Shown here piece by piece: positions 1 through 9,598 of a stretch of DNA of 64,000 bases. Origin of the DNA: an uncultured Verrucomicrobiae bacterium (lineage in GTDB: Bacteria > Verrucomicrobiota > Verrucomicrobiia > Chthoniobacterales > JAFAMB01); the NCBI GenBank assembly GCA_963837955.1, contig CAWIPH010000002.1, positions 1,408,001 to 1,472,000 on the forward strand. The letters run 5' to 3'. Position 1 is the first letter of the stretch. Every line of letters begins with the position of its first letter. The position numbers and the translations under genes are program-made. The notes under the pieces were generated by a model. It was not told the origin of the DNA and did not search any database. It saw nothing but the letters and a program-made list of their open reading frames with translations.

Positions 1-8
1 TTTTATTC

Positions 9-1421
9 CTACTGCCCCTTCACGTCATATCCGGCGTCTTTACCGTTCTTGAGGCAGTCGCTCTGCCAACCATCAAGCGCCTGCTTTACTGTGGCCGACC
101 CGCCGACCAAGTCCGCTATGTGTTTGTTGTAATTATCATTCGCGAAGGCAAACCACGGAGCCCAAGCAAAATCGACATTGATTGCTTTCGCGGCATCGGA
201 ATAAAGCTGGGTCAGGTTTTGGCCACCACAAAACTTGGAAGGATTTTTGTCGGGATGGTTGAGATCGGGAGACGCCAGACCGGAAAGCGAGGCTGGGAAG
301 ATCCCGGTGTTAACCCAGTTGGCGATGACCGGCGCTTTGCGGGTATTCAACCATATGCAGAAGAGGGTAGCTGCCTTTGGATGCTTCGATTGTTTTGTCA
401 CAGCATTGCAACTACCTCCCCAGTTTCCGCTGCGGAACGGCTGATCTTTACTCCATTGAGGGAGGGGCGCTGCCCGCCAGTCACCAGCTGTCTTATCATT
501 CAACGAAGCAGCAAAGACACCCGGACCCCAGGCAGCCTCCACCGATGAAGCGATCTGACCAGATCCGAGTGCGGTATAAAACTCCGCGGTAAAATCGGGC
601 AAAGTCGAGACGTATCCTTTCTTCACCAGACCGTCCCAGAAAGTCAGTACCTTCTCCGAGGCAGAGTTGTTCAGGGTTTGAGTCCAAGAATCACCCTTTA
701 CCTTGAAAAATTCGCCGCCGCTGGCCCAAGCGAGTCCGATGAACCAGGGCGCGTGGGTAGGGAAGAAGTCCGCCATCTTAACTTTGCCGTTACTGGCTTT
801 GGCAAGTTTCTCTGCCTGTTGAGCAAACTCGTCCCAGGTGGTTGGAACGGTAAGTTGGTACTGATCGAAGATTTTTTTGTTGTAGACGAAGGCCATTGGT
901 CCGGTGTCTTGCGGAATTCCAAAGACTGCTTTTCCATCTGGCGACACTTGTCCCCAAGTCCAATCCACAAAATACGATTTGGCGTCATTCGCACCATACT
1001 GCGAGATGTCAGCTAGACCGTCAGTTGCGATGAATGAGGGCAGAAAATCGTACTCGATCTGCGCAACGTCAGGCGCTCCGGATCCGGCTTTGAGTACGGT
1101 TTGCAGTTTCTGGTACTCTGCCGGTCCGCCACCGACGTTGTTCGCGTGTACTTTGATGTTGGGGAAGGCTTGCTCGAATTCTTTTACTACCTGATCTAAT
1201 CCGACTACCCACGACCAAACCTCTAGAGTGATCTGACCATCCTCCACTTTGAACTTGCTATAGTCGGGTTCCTTGAAGTCGGTCGAAGATTGAGCCGAGG
1301 AGCGAAGCAGTGGGGTGGTCACCAAGGCGAATAAAACCAAAAGACCGAGGATTGGCTTCAGGCATTGGAAACGAGATGTTTGCCAAAAGATATGCGAAAG
1401 AATTCTGGGGGGTGTAACCAT
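9..1421 (-). CDS. Sugar ABC transporter substrate-binding protein (family 1 SBP)
   Basis: N-terminal hydrophobic signal segment; WSW..., GSGAPDVAQIEY, GIPQDTGPMAFVYNKKIF, PTTWDEF and NWGGS motifs; divergent from a LacI gene and near a GH42 gene. Confidence 0.9.
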   Translation of the reverse strand: MVTPPRILSHIFWQTSRFQCLKPILGLLVLFALVTTPLLRSSAQSSTDFKEPDYSKFKVEDGQITLEVWSWVVGLDQVVKEFEQAFPNIKVHANNVGGGPAEYQKLQTVLKAGSGAPDVAQIEYDFLPSFIATDGLADISQYGANDAKSYFVDWTWGQVSPDGKAVFGIPQDTGPMAFVYNKKIFDQYQLTVPTTWDEFAQQAEKLAKASNGKVKMADFFPTHAPWFIGLAWASGGEFFKVKGDSWTQTLNNSASEKVLTFWDGLVKKGYVSTLPDFTAEFYTALGSGQIASSVEAAWGPGVFAASLNDKTAGDWRAAPLPQWSKDQPFRSGNWGGSCNAVTKQSKHPKAATLFCIWLNTRKAPVIANWVNTGIFPASLSGLASPDLNHPDKNPSKFCGGQNLTQLYSDAAKAINVDFAWAPWFAFANDNYNKHIADLVGGSATVKQALDGWQSDCLKNGKDAGYDVKGQ

Positions 1422-1500
1422 AAGAGGATCTGGATAATAGGGTCCGATTGGGTTGGGGAATGCGGCTATCCTGGTTGACGCATGGGGGGAATTAGGGGTA

Positions 1501-1520
1501 CGTTGTGAACGTTCACAACG
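1501..1520. promoter_or_regulatory. LacI-family operator, perfect 20-bp palindrome CGTTGTGAAC|GTTCACAACG
   Basis: Perfect palindrome with central CG, resembling symmetric lacO (TTGTGAGCGCTCACAA); lies between the divergent SBP and LacI genes. Confidence 0.8.
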
Positions 1521-1617
1521 CTTACACTAACTGTTCCCTTCCCACAACCGAATTCTGCCGCTCATCTTTGCCATTCCCAGCCAGTCTCGTTCCCGATCAG
1601 CCCAGCCGAATTCATCC

Positions 1618-2676
1618 ATGTCCGCCCCACATTCCCAACGCTCGAAACCTCCTACCCTCAAGGATGTGGCGGCCCGATCAGACGTTTCCTACCAGACAGT
1701 TTCTCGCGTCGTAAACGGTAGTCTCCACGTCAAGGCCGAGACCAGGGCTCGGGTAACCGAAGCGATGGAAGCGCTTCGATACCGGCCAAACCAGGCCGCC
1801 CGGCATCTGGTCAGCCGGCAATCGATGATCATCGGCTGCGTCTCATCGATCACTTTTTATGGACCTGCTCGAATCATGGTGAGCGTGGAAATGTGCGCGA
1901 AGAGACATGGGTACAATGTCATGTTTTCGGAGCTTCCCGAAGTAAGTCTTGCCGAAGTTCGTCACTCGGTAGACGAACTTTGCGCCCGCCAGGTGGATGG
2001 CATCGTTTTCCTTATCCCGCTCCAGCTCGAGATGGATTTCATTCGGAGTATTTGCCAGGACGTTCCGTTCGTCGCGATCGATGTCGATTTAGGACCCCGC
2101 CTCCCGGTAGTCATGGTCGACCAGAACAGAGGCGCGCGCCTGGCTATCCAACATGTCACCGGCCTAGGGCACAGCCAGATAGCTTTCATTTGCGGACCTT
2201 CACAGTGGCGAGCCACTAAACTGCGTACCCAAGGCTGGATGAAAGCGTTAAAACGGCTCAACCTCTCACCCGGACCTATGCTCGAAGGTGATTGGAGTCC
2301 TCAGAGCGGCTACCTGGCCACTCTCGAATTGATCCGCCGTCACCGAGGTAATTTCACTGCTCTGGTAGTAGCGAACGATCATATGGCCCTCGGAGCATTG
2401 AGTGCTTTCCACGAGAACGGCATCAAGGTCCCTGACGAAATCTCAGTCATCGGATACGATGGGATGCCCGAGACCGAGTTTTATCAGCCTCCTCTTTCCA
2501 CTATCTACCAGGACTTTGCTGCTCTGGGAGAAGTGAGCGTCGAATTTCTACTGAAAATGATAAACCGGCCCGGTAGTCCGCCAAAACGTTTTCTACTGAA
2601 GCCGGTCCTGATCCCCAGAAGGAGCACGGCTTCGCGGCCCGCGATCAAAAAGCGAACTGTGAAAGGCAAGACGTGA
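1618..2676 (+). CDS. LacI-family transcriptional regulator
   Basis: HTH PTLKDVAARSDVSYQTVSRVVN, hinge YRPNQAARHL, ANDHMALG, ISVIGYD, PPLSTI. Confidence 0.95.
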   Translation: MSAPHSQRSKPPTLKDVAARSDVSYQTVSRVVNGSLHVKAETRARVTEAMEALRYRPNQAARHLVSRQSMIIGCVSSITFYGPARIMVSVEMCAKRHGYNVMFSELPEVSLAEVRHSVDELCARQVDGIVFLIPLQLEMDFIRSICQDVPFVAIDVDLGPRLPVVMVDQNRGARLAIQHVTGLGHSQIAFICGPSQWRATKLRTQGWMKALKRLNLSPGPMLEGDWSPQSGYLATLELIRRHRGNFTALVVANDHMALGALSAFHENGIKVPDEISVIGYDGMPETEFYQPPLSTIYQDFAALGEVSVEFLLKMINRPGSPPKRFLLKPVLIPRRSTASRPAIKKRTVKGKT

Positions 2677-2870
2677 TAAGCGAAACAAATAGCAGGGCGT
2701 TGGTTGATGGAGATAGGAACGTGGCGCGCCGGATTGCTGGCTCACCTCACCACAAACCGCAGTCGCCATGCGCTTTCAATAGACCAAACCGATTGGACGC
2801 GGACCCGGTTTTGTCAGGACTGGCCGCGTCCGAGGCTTCGCGAAGTCGGGCTCGTGTTGCATTAGACCAG

Positions 2871-2918
2871 TTCCCGGCGTTCCCGGCGTTCCCGGCGATG
2901 GCGGCGTTCCCGGCGTTC
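2871..2918. repeat. Degenerate 9-bp tandem repeat (TTCCCGGCG)n
   Basis: gttcccggcgttcccggcgttcccggcgatggcggcgttcccggcgttc; related arrays at 17273-17338 (reverse orientation) and 17443-17480. Confidence 0.8.
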
Positions 2919-2948
2919 CTTTGCGCTTCTCATTCCCCTTAAATCAAA

Positions 2949-4922
2949 ATGACATCACCATCTATCACCCCTACGCCAAGCCTTGGCGTCTGTTATTACC
3001 CGGAACATTTGCCCGCAGAATATTGGCCTGCCGATTTCGATTCGATGCGCGACATCGGAATACGCATTGTTCGGGTAGGCGAGTTCGCTTGGAGCAGGTT
3101 TGAACCGGAGCCAGGCGAATACCGATTCTCCTGGTTGGAGCAAATTCTGGATCTGGCCGAATCGAAGAGTTTGTCCATAGTCCTGGGCACGCCAACGTCC
3201 GCGCCGCCGAAGTGGCTGGTTGATCAGATGCCTGACATGGTCGCGGTGGATGCAAACGGCCACCGGAAAGGTTTCGGCTCTCGCCGTCATTATTGCTTTT
3301 CGCATGCCGGTTATCGAAAAGAGTGTGAACGCATCGTAACGAAGCTGGCCCAGACCTTCGGTGAACATCCTGCGGTTGTGGCTTGGCAAACTGACAACGA
3401 GTTTGGCTGTCACAACACTGTTTTGAGCTATTCCGATGCAGCCCGTATCGCTTTCCGGTCCTGGTTGAGAAACCGGTATGGGTCGATCGACCAACTCAAT
3501 CAGGCTTGGGGGAATGTTTTCTGGAGCATGGAGTATCGGAATTTCGACGAGATAGAGCTTCCTAATCTTACAGTCACAGAGCCTAATCCGGCTCACCAGC
3601 TCGATTATCGTCGTTTCTCCTCCGATGAGGTCGACAGTTTCAATCGACTACAAGTAGACCTCCTTCGCCAGTATTCGCCCGGTAGAACGATTCTTCACAA
3701 TTTCATGGCGAAGTTTCTAGACTTCGACCATTTCGAAGTCTCCAAATCCTTGGACGCAGCTAGTTGGGACTCCTACCCACTCGGGGCACTCACCTTACTG
3801 AATGCACCGGAGTCACATAAGGCTCGCTACCTACACACAGGCGATCCCGACTTGACTGCCTTTCATCACGATCTCTATCGAGCCTGTGGTCGAGGCCGGT
3901 CGTGGGTAATGGAACAGCAGCCTGGTCCGGTTAACTGGGCTGCCTACAATCCTGCTCCGCATCCCGGGATGGTTCGCCTGTGGACCTACGAAGCGATTGC
4001 CCATGGGGCCGAAGTCGTCAGCTATTTCTGTTGGCGGCAAGCGCCTTTCGCTCAGGAACAGATGCACTCCGGATTGAATCTCCCCAACCGGGAACCAGAC
4101 ATTGGTTCGTTCGAGGTTCGCCAAACGGCCAAGGAACTTGCGCAAATGGAGCTTGCCTCATCACTTCCGGGAGAGGTCGCCTTGGTGTACGACTATGAAG
4201 CGGCCTGGATGCTCGGCATTCAACCGCAGGGGGATAACTTTGATTATTTCTCGGTCGTTTTGAGCTTCTATAGAGCTCTCCGGCGATCCGGTCTTAACAT
4301 CGATATTCTGCCCCAGGGCGCACCGTTAGATCCCTATAAGGTAGTGGTGATTCCATCTCTGCCAATCGTGTATCCGAAATTGGTAGAATCACTCAAACGA
4401 TTCCGCGGACAGACTCTAATCGGTCCACGGACAGGGTCGAAAACGCCAAATTTCCAGATCCCGACAGAACTACCTCCGGGTCCACTCCAAGAACTGATAC
4501 CCCTAAAGATCGTTCGAGCGGAGTCTTTACCCGATTTTGTTTCACTCTCCCTAGTTTGGAATTCGGCTAATTACGGATGCCATTCCTGGCTTGAACATGT
4601 GCGAACCGAAATCGCACCACTCATTCAGCTCACAGATGGACACGGAATCGCTTACCGGAACGGCAAAATCACCTATCTGGCCACGTTGCCTGAGCAACCC
4701 TTTCTGGATAAAATTGTTGAAGGTCTTCTGCGCGAGGAGGGATTGAAATTCAGCGCGGTACCGCCAGGTGTTCGCGTTCGCACGCGCGGACAACATCGGT
4801 TTTTCTTTAATTATAACTCAGAGAGCGTGACGTTGGATTTGCCGCCCGAAACAAAATTTGTGCTCGGCGCTGGTGTGATGCCGACCGCAGGCGTGACGAT
4901 AGTCGAACGCCCTCAGCATTGA
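2949..4922 (+). CDS. Beta-galactosidase, GH42
   Basis: LGVCYYPEH, RVGEFAWS, WQTDNEFGC (acid/base), WVMEQQPG (nucleophile), AQEQMHSG. Confidence 0.95.
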   Translation: MTSPSITPTPSLGVCYYPEHLPAEYWPADFDSMRDIGIRIVRVGEFAWSRFEPEPGEYRFSWLEQILDLAESKSLSIVLGTPTSAPPKWLVDQMPDMVAVDANGHRKGFGSRRHYCFSHAGYRKECERIVTKLAQTFGEHPAVVAWQTDNEFGCHNTVLSYSDAARIAFRSWLRNRYGSIDQLNQAWGNVFWSMEYRNFDEIELPNLTVTEPNPAHQLDYRRFSSDEVDSFNRLQVDLLRQYSPGRTILHNFMAKFLDFDHFEVSKSLDAASWDSYPLGALTLLNAPESHKARYLHTGDPDLTAFHHDLYRACGRGRSWVMEQQPGPVNWAAYNPAPHPGMVRLWTYEAIAHGAEVVSYFCWRQAPFAQEQMHSGLNLPNREPDIGSFEVRQTAKELAQMELASSLPGEVALVYDYEAAWMLGIQPQGDNFDYFSVVLSFYRALRRSGLNIDILPQGAPLDPYKVVVIPSLPIVYPKLVESLKRFRGQTLIGPRTGSKTPNFQIPTELPPGPLQELIPLKIVRAESLPDFVSLSLVWNSANYGCHSWLEHVRTEIAPLIQLTDGHGIAYRNGKITYLATLPEQPFLDKIVEGLLREEGLKFSAVPPGVRVRTRGQHRFFFNYNSESVTLDLPPETKFVLGAGVMPTAGVTIVERPQH

Positions 4923-4979
4923 AGGTAGTTGACTCGGCGGCAGCCGCCTATGTGCGTCGACTTAAGGCCGACGTTTGGG

Positions 4980-5047
4980 TCTCTGCCCCGAAGGGGGGAG
5001 GGCGCACGTCCTCGTGCGCCGCGGATTGCGAGGACGCGATCCCTCCC
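4980..5047. repeat. Composite REP-like element: TCTCTGCCCCGAAGGGG fused to a 52-bp palindromic unit GGGAGGG...CCCTCCC
   Basis: The 52-bp unit (4996-5047) is nearly identical to 61614-61665 and partly matches 20664-20694; the 17-bp motif recurs near both ends of the 19840-20366 palindrome. Confidence 0.8.
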
Positions 5048-5213
5048 CCCTTCAGCAGCTCCAACCCGCGGTGCGGGTGTTTTTCCGAGTGGGCGTCCGA
5101 TCCGGCGCCTTATGGGAGCAGAGAACCAAACGTTGGGCGCAATCGCCAACTGCCCTGGCTGAGACCGCCGCGCTCCCGGATATTTCCCAACTCCTAACCT
5201 CCCAACCTCCTCC

Positions 5214-6560
5214 TCACAACGGCCGGAACCGCGCGGTAAAGTGTCGCAAGAACGGCGGTTCCTGAATGATTTCGACGCCGCGAAGTTCGTGTTTGCGCTC
5301 GTTCACTTCTAAGATGGCTTCGATCAAGTAGTCTATGTGGCTTTGGGTATACACGCGGCGGGGGATAGCTAACCGCAGCAGCTCCAGGCGCGCATCTCCG
5401 CCGAACATCACTGAGCCGATCTCCACCGAGCGAACACCGGCGTGTCGATAGAGTTCGATGGCGAGCGCCTGTCCGGGAAACTGGTGTTTAGGAATCTGCG
5501 GCAGCATCAGGCCGGCATCGATATAAATGGCGTGACCACCAGGGGGTTCGACAATAGGCACTCCAGCGTCCGCGATATGACGACCCAGGTATCCCGTGGA
5601 CACAATGCGATATTCGAGATACTCGGGTTGCAGCACTTCTTCGAGGCCAACCGCAATTGCGTCCAAGTCTCGGCCGGCCAATCCACCGTAGGTAGGAAAT
5701 CCCTCGGTTAGAATCAAGAGATTCATCTCTTGTTCGGCTAGCGCGTCATCGTTGGTGCAAAGCAAGCCCCCGATGTTTGCGAATGCGTCTTTCTTCGCGG
5801 AGAACGTGCAACCGTCCGCCAGCGAAAACATTTCACAGGCAATCTCGCGCGGTGTCTTGCCGGCATAACCTGCTTCCCGTAGTTTGATAAACCAGGCGTT
5901 TTCAGCGAAGCGACAGGCATCGAGGTAGAGTGGAATGCCATGTCTCTTCGTCACTTCGCGCGCAGCCCGGATGTTGGCCAGCGAGACCGGCTGTCCGCCA
6001 CCTGAGTTGTTCGTCACCGTGATCATTACGAGCGGGATCTTCGGAGCTCCCTCGCGCACGATTAACGCTTCGAGCGCAGCGATATCGAGATTCCCCTTAA
6101 AAGGGAGACGAGCCTGAGTGTCGCTGGCTTCAGGAATAGGAAGATCGACGGCAGCCGCACCGGTGAATTCGATGTTTGCCCGCGTCGTATCGAAATGAGT
6201 GTTGTTCGGAACGATATGCCCCGGCTTGCAGAGAACAGAAAATAAAATGCGCTCCGCAGCTCGCCCCTGATGAGTCGGTATCACGTGGCGAAACGCAGTG
6301 AGCCCCTGAACAACACTCTGAAGTCGAAAAAAACTTTCGCTACCGGCATACGATTCATCGCCGCGCATTACGGCTGCCCACTGCTCGGTGGACATAGCGC
6401 TGGTGCCGGAATCGGTGAGCAGGTCGAGCAACACATCGACAGCGCGAAGCTGGAACAGGTTGTATCCAGCGCGCTGGAGCAAAAGTTCACGCTGCTCGGG
6501 TGTAGTGCGAGTGAGTGGCTCAACGCTTTTGATCCGGAACGGTTCAATGATGGTCTTCAC
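5214..6560 (-). CDS. tnaA: Tryptophanase (PLP beta-eliminating lyase)
   Basis: EPFRIKSVE, DLLTDSGT, GDESYAGS, HQGRAAE; PLP-lysine motif SAKKD and C-terminal LRHFTARF favour TnaA over tyrosine phenol-lyase (SGKKD, LRFFTARF). Confidence 0.85.
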   Translation of the reverse strand: MKTIIEPFRIKSVEPLTRTTPEQRELLLQRAGYNLFQLRAVDVLLDLLTDSGTSAMSTEQWAAVMRGDESYAGSESFFRLQSVVQGLTAFRHVIPTHQGRAAERILFSVLCKPGHIVPNNTHFDTTRANIEFTGAAAVDLPIPEASDTQARLPFKGNLDIAALEALIVREGAPKIPLVMITVTNNSGGGQPVSLANIRAAREVTKRHGIPLYLDACRFAENAWFIKLREAGYAGKTPREIACEMFSLADGCTFSAKKDAFANIGGLLCTNDDALAEQEMNLLILTEGFPTYGGLAGRDLDAIAVGLEEVLQPEYLEYRIVSTGYLGRHIADAGVPIVEPPGGHAIYIDAGLMLPQIPKHQFPGQALAIELYRHAGVRSVEIGSVMFGGDARLELLRLAIPRRVYTQSHIDYLIEAILEVNERKHELRGVEIIQEPPFLRHFTARFRPL

Positions 6561-6607
6561 TTTGGGAATTCTAGCCTGAAATTAGCGGCACAGGCAAAGC
6601 GTTCGCC

Positions 6608-6784
6608 TTGGTCCAGCGTTGGTAGGGCGAAAATTTATTTGAGCCGGGAACCCCTGAGCGGCTCACGCAAAAGCGTTCGCCCTACCGATCGTGGGCATTG
6701 GTCCAGTGTTGGTAGGGGCGAAAATTTATTTGAGCCGGAAACTCCTGAGCGGCTCACGCAAAAGCGTTCGCCCTACCGATCGTG
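6608..6784. repeat. Two tandem ~90-bp GTAG-type REP doublets (GGTAGGGCGAAA...TTCGCCCTACC)
   Basis: 6608-6693 and 6698-6784 are near-identical; each has terminal IRs and an internal TGAGCCG/CGGCTCA stem. Confidence 0.85.
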
Positions 6785-6907
6785 TTCCACCAATCACCAA
6801 TCACTTCTCACTAATCACGTTCTTTTGCGGCTAAAACTCTCCTTCAACGTTTTCGCTATTCTCCCGCGGAGATTTGATTCATCATTTTCGGGTTTCTTAA
6901 CCGGTTA

Positions 6908-7960
6908 ATGCAAAAGCTCCGTTATAATGCCCCTGGCACCCCACCGGCAACTTTAGTTCCACTGCCTGAGCAGGCCGGCCACAAGCCAAAGCTGCGGTTG
7001 ATCGAATATGACGCTCACTCGTTCCAGGAACGAGAGATCGATGCGATTGAAGACGTTTTGGACTCTCTCCACGACTCAAAGGTGAGCTGGATCAATGTTG
7101 ACGGCCTCGGGGACGTCGAGACGTTGCAAAAGCTGGGTGAACATTTCCGGATTCATCCGCTCGCGCTGGAAGATGTGTTCAATACCGGGCAACGGCCCCA
7201 TATCGACGAGTATGATGACCAGCTTTTCGTCGTGTTGGAGATGGCTTATCACGCCAAGGAGGGAGAGTTAGTTTTCGAGCAGGTAAGTATTTTTTTGGGT
7301 CGTCATTATGTAATCACGATCCAGGAACATTCGGGAGACGTATTCGAACCCATTCGGAGGCGCATCCGCGAGGGACTCGGAAGCGCGCGCTTCCTGCACA
7401 GCGACTATCTGGCTTATGCCCTGATCGATGCCGTCATTGATCAATACTTCCCGTTGTCAGAAACATTGGGCGAGTCAATCGAGGACATGGAAGAAGAAGT
7501 GCTGGCAGCTCCGACCCGGGACAAGTTGCAGCAGATTCATGAATTCCGGCAGGCTCTGGCCCAGCTGCGCCGGGCCGTCTGGCCCACTCGCGAAGTCCTT
7601 GCCCGTTTGCTCAGAGACGAGACAGGTCTCATTGCCGAAAGAACGAAGCCGTTTCTTCGTGACTGCCTGGATCACGTTCTGGCAATCGCCGACCTGCTGG
7701 AAACCTATCGCGATATCACAACCAGTTTCATGGATCTATACGTCTCGAGCTTGAGCATGCGAACGAATGAAATCATGCGAGTGCTGACTATCATTTCGTC
7801 TATTTTCATCCCGCTCACTTTTATCGCCGGACTCTACGGCATGAACTTTGGCAATATGCCGGAGTTACACTGGAGCTTCGGCTACCCGCTTGTCCTTACT
7901 ATCATGTTAGCTGTGGCTCTTGGCATGATCGCGTTCTTTAAGGTAAAGAAATGGTTTTGA
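6908..7960 (+). CDS. corA: Magnesium/cobalt transporter CorA
   Basis: IHPLALEDV, two C-terminal TM helices with YGMNF signature and MPEL loop. Confidence 0.95.
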   Translation: MQKLRYNAPGTPPATLVPLPEQAGHKPKLRLIEYDAHSFQEREIDAIEDVLDSLHDSKVSWINVDGLGDVETLQKLGEHFRIHPLALEDVFNTGQRPHIDEYDDQLFVVLEMAYHAKEGELVFEQVSIFLGRHYVITIQEHSGDVFEPIRRRIREGLGSARFLHSDYLAYALIDAVIDQYFPLSETLGESIEDMEEEVLAAPTRDKLQQIHEFRQALAQLRRAVWPTREVLARLLRDETGLIAERTKPFLRDCLDHVLAIADLLETYRDITTSFMDLYVSSLSMRTNEIMRVLTIISSIFIPLTFIAGLYGMNFGNMPELHWSFGYPLVLTIMLAVALGMIAFFKVKKWF

Positions 7961-7971
7961 GTCCTATTTCC

Positions 7972-8210
7972 TTTTTCGCCTACCAACGCTGGAACAACGC
8001 CCACGATCGGTAGGGCGAAAGCCTGATTCGGCGCAACGCCGAATCGGCTTGAGCCGCTTCTCTGCCCGAGTTCCAGCTTAGTCCATCTTCATCCCGCGCT
8101 GACAAACGGGTCGAAAGGTTAGTCCGCGCACGCTGCTCAAACCCGGCGCGAATCACACAACCAGACAAGGCAACGTTTCCACACGCGCCTTAGTTTTCGC
8201 CCTACCGATC
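7972..8210. repeat. GTAG-type REP cluster including a ~205-bp REPIN/MITE-like unit (8005-8210)
   Basis: GATCGGTAGGGCGAAA...TTTCGCCCTACCGATC termini; internal motifs shared with 32309-32503 and 13463-13606. Confidence 0.85.
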
Positions 8211-8380
8211 CTGGGTTTCGATACACCGTAGCCTGATCGTCCACGCTCAGGAACCCAGCGCGTCAGATATGCCTGTTATGCGCAATCCTCGGACATTTAG
8301 TCCAACGAAGGGAATCGCATGGGCTTCGGTTACGGAGGCTGGCTTGTCCGACATAGGCCCCGCGACGTCGGAAGCATCGT

Positions 8381-8944
8381 CTACGTTGGCTTCTGCTTTG
8401 CCAGGTAATCGTTAACCGCTTTTTCCCAGTGCTCCCCATTACCACGATCGGTCGAACCGAGTTTCTGGACATGATCGTTTGCTTCCGGACTCAGCGCCGT
8501 TCGCTCATAAACGACGCTGACCTTTGTCTTGGCAGAATCGAGTGGCAAAAACCTGAGATCAATGACTGTGACCATGACGTCGCTGACGAAATAGACGTAC
8601 TGAAAATGGCGGTCCTTCATATCAAAGGCTGTATTCACCCAGATGGATTGATGAGATCCGTGTCTGACACTGAATACCGCGCCTTCTCTATCTTTGGGAG
8701 GGTGGGGATAGATGAACTGCGGATCCCAATCTTCTCCTGCCCATGATCGTTCAGCGAGTGGCCCGAAAAGAGGAGCCGCAATTTCGTACGGAGCCTGAAC
8801 CGTGAGCTCGAAGCGGTTGCGAACGTGCGCCAGTGGAACCGCACTCTCCGGAACAGATGCTGTCTGCGTTGTCTTCTTTGTCTGAGATGAGACGGGCATG
8901 ATTGTGGCCGCTCCAACTAGAACTAAACCCATAAGGGCTTTCAT
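8381..8944 (-). CDS. Exported hypothetical protein, possible SRPBCC/START-like fold
   Basis: Signal peptide; PLFGPLAERSWAGEDWDP followed by a beta-rich region and C-terminal helix; ATGA overlap with the upstream gene. Confidence 0.7.
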   Translation of the reverse strand: MKALMGLVLVGAATIMPVSSQTKKTTQTASVPESAVPLAHVRNRFELTVQAPYEIAAPLFGPLAERSWAGEDWDPQFIYPHPPKDREGAVFSVRHGSHQSIWVNTAFDMKDRHFQYVYFVSDVMVTVIDLRFLPLDSAKTKVSVVYERTALSPEANDHVQKLGSTDRGNGEHWEKAVNDYLAKQKPT

Positions 8945-9216
8945 CGGGTGGGTTCTTTGAGCTTGTGGCTGTCTTCGGCTTTCAAGGTCATCCCGTAGAT
9001 GGTCTTGAACTGCTCGATTTCCTTAAGGGTTTCCCGAGAAAATGCCGGCTTCCCTTCAAAGGCGTGAAGCACAATCCCCTCCAGCAAATTGCCGAGAGAC
9101 ATGTCTTTGAGTTCGGCAACGGCTTTCAGCGTTTTCAATAGTCGTTTCTCTAGGCGCACTCCCGTTTGGACTCGCTCGATTTCAACAGAAGCCGGTTGGC
9201 TCCTCTCCGTCGACAT
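8941..9216 (-). CDS. Small ribbon-helix-helix-like DNA-binding protein (putative)
   Basis: RVQTGVRLEKRLLKTLKAVAELKDMSLGNLLEGIV fits an RHH strand-helix-helix pattern. Confidence 0.65.
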   Translation of the reverse strand: MSTERSQPASVEIERVQTGVRLEKRLLKTLKAVAELKDMSLGNLLEGIVLHAFEGKPAFSRETLKEIEQFKTIYGMTLKAEDSHKLKEPTR

Positions 9217-9265
9217 TGGTACTAATGTACAATGGTAACTTCGAACGGAAAGAAAAAACCATCAG

Positions 9266-9442
9266 AGAGGAGTTCAGAAATTCAAAGAGTCAGAAGGGGA
9301 AGGCGGTTGCCAAAATTCTCAGACGCCATGGATTTAGGAGCTAGAAGGTGAGACCTCGCCTCCGTTTTGTTCTTAAGTTCCTGAGCGCCTCATCCTCTTC
9401 GAACTTTTTGAACTCCTGGTACTCCTGAATTTCTGAACTCCT
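9266..9442. repeat. Inverted clusters of GGAGTTCAG/CTGAACTCC-like short repeats
   Basis: aggagttcagaaattca (~9268) versus tgaatttctgaactcct (~9426-9442), plus tgaactcctggtactcctga. Confidence 0.55.
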
Positions 9443-9598
9443 TGACAATAGATCTGTCTTCCTTGTAGCAACGTGCATATAAGTTGGTGGTTGCCGTGCA
9501 AATCGTTGGAAATCAGTGTCTCGCTCTCTTCGGAAACTTTCTCCGCAATACTCCGCCGTTGATCACGTCTTACGGCCAAACGCTAGAATGAGTTAACT

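Noticed and set aside
6608..6784. Possible CRISPR array
   Set aside because: Only two units, the would-be spacers are also duplicated, and no cas genes are present; it is a REP doublet
6561..6907. tnaC leader peptide; also the 6270-6908 + ORF
   Set aside because: The region is filled by REP repeats and a -10 box sits directly before the tnaA GTG; the long ORF is antisense to tnaA and repeat-derived
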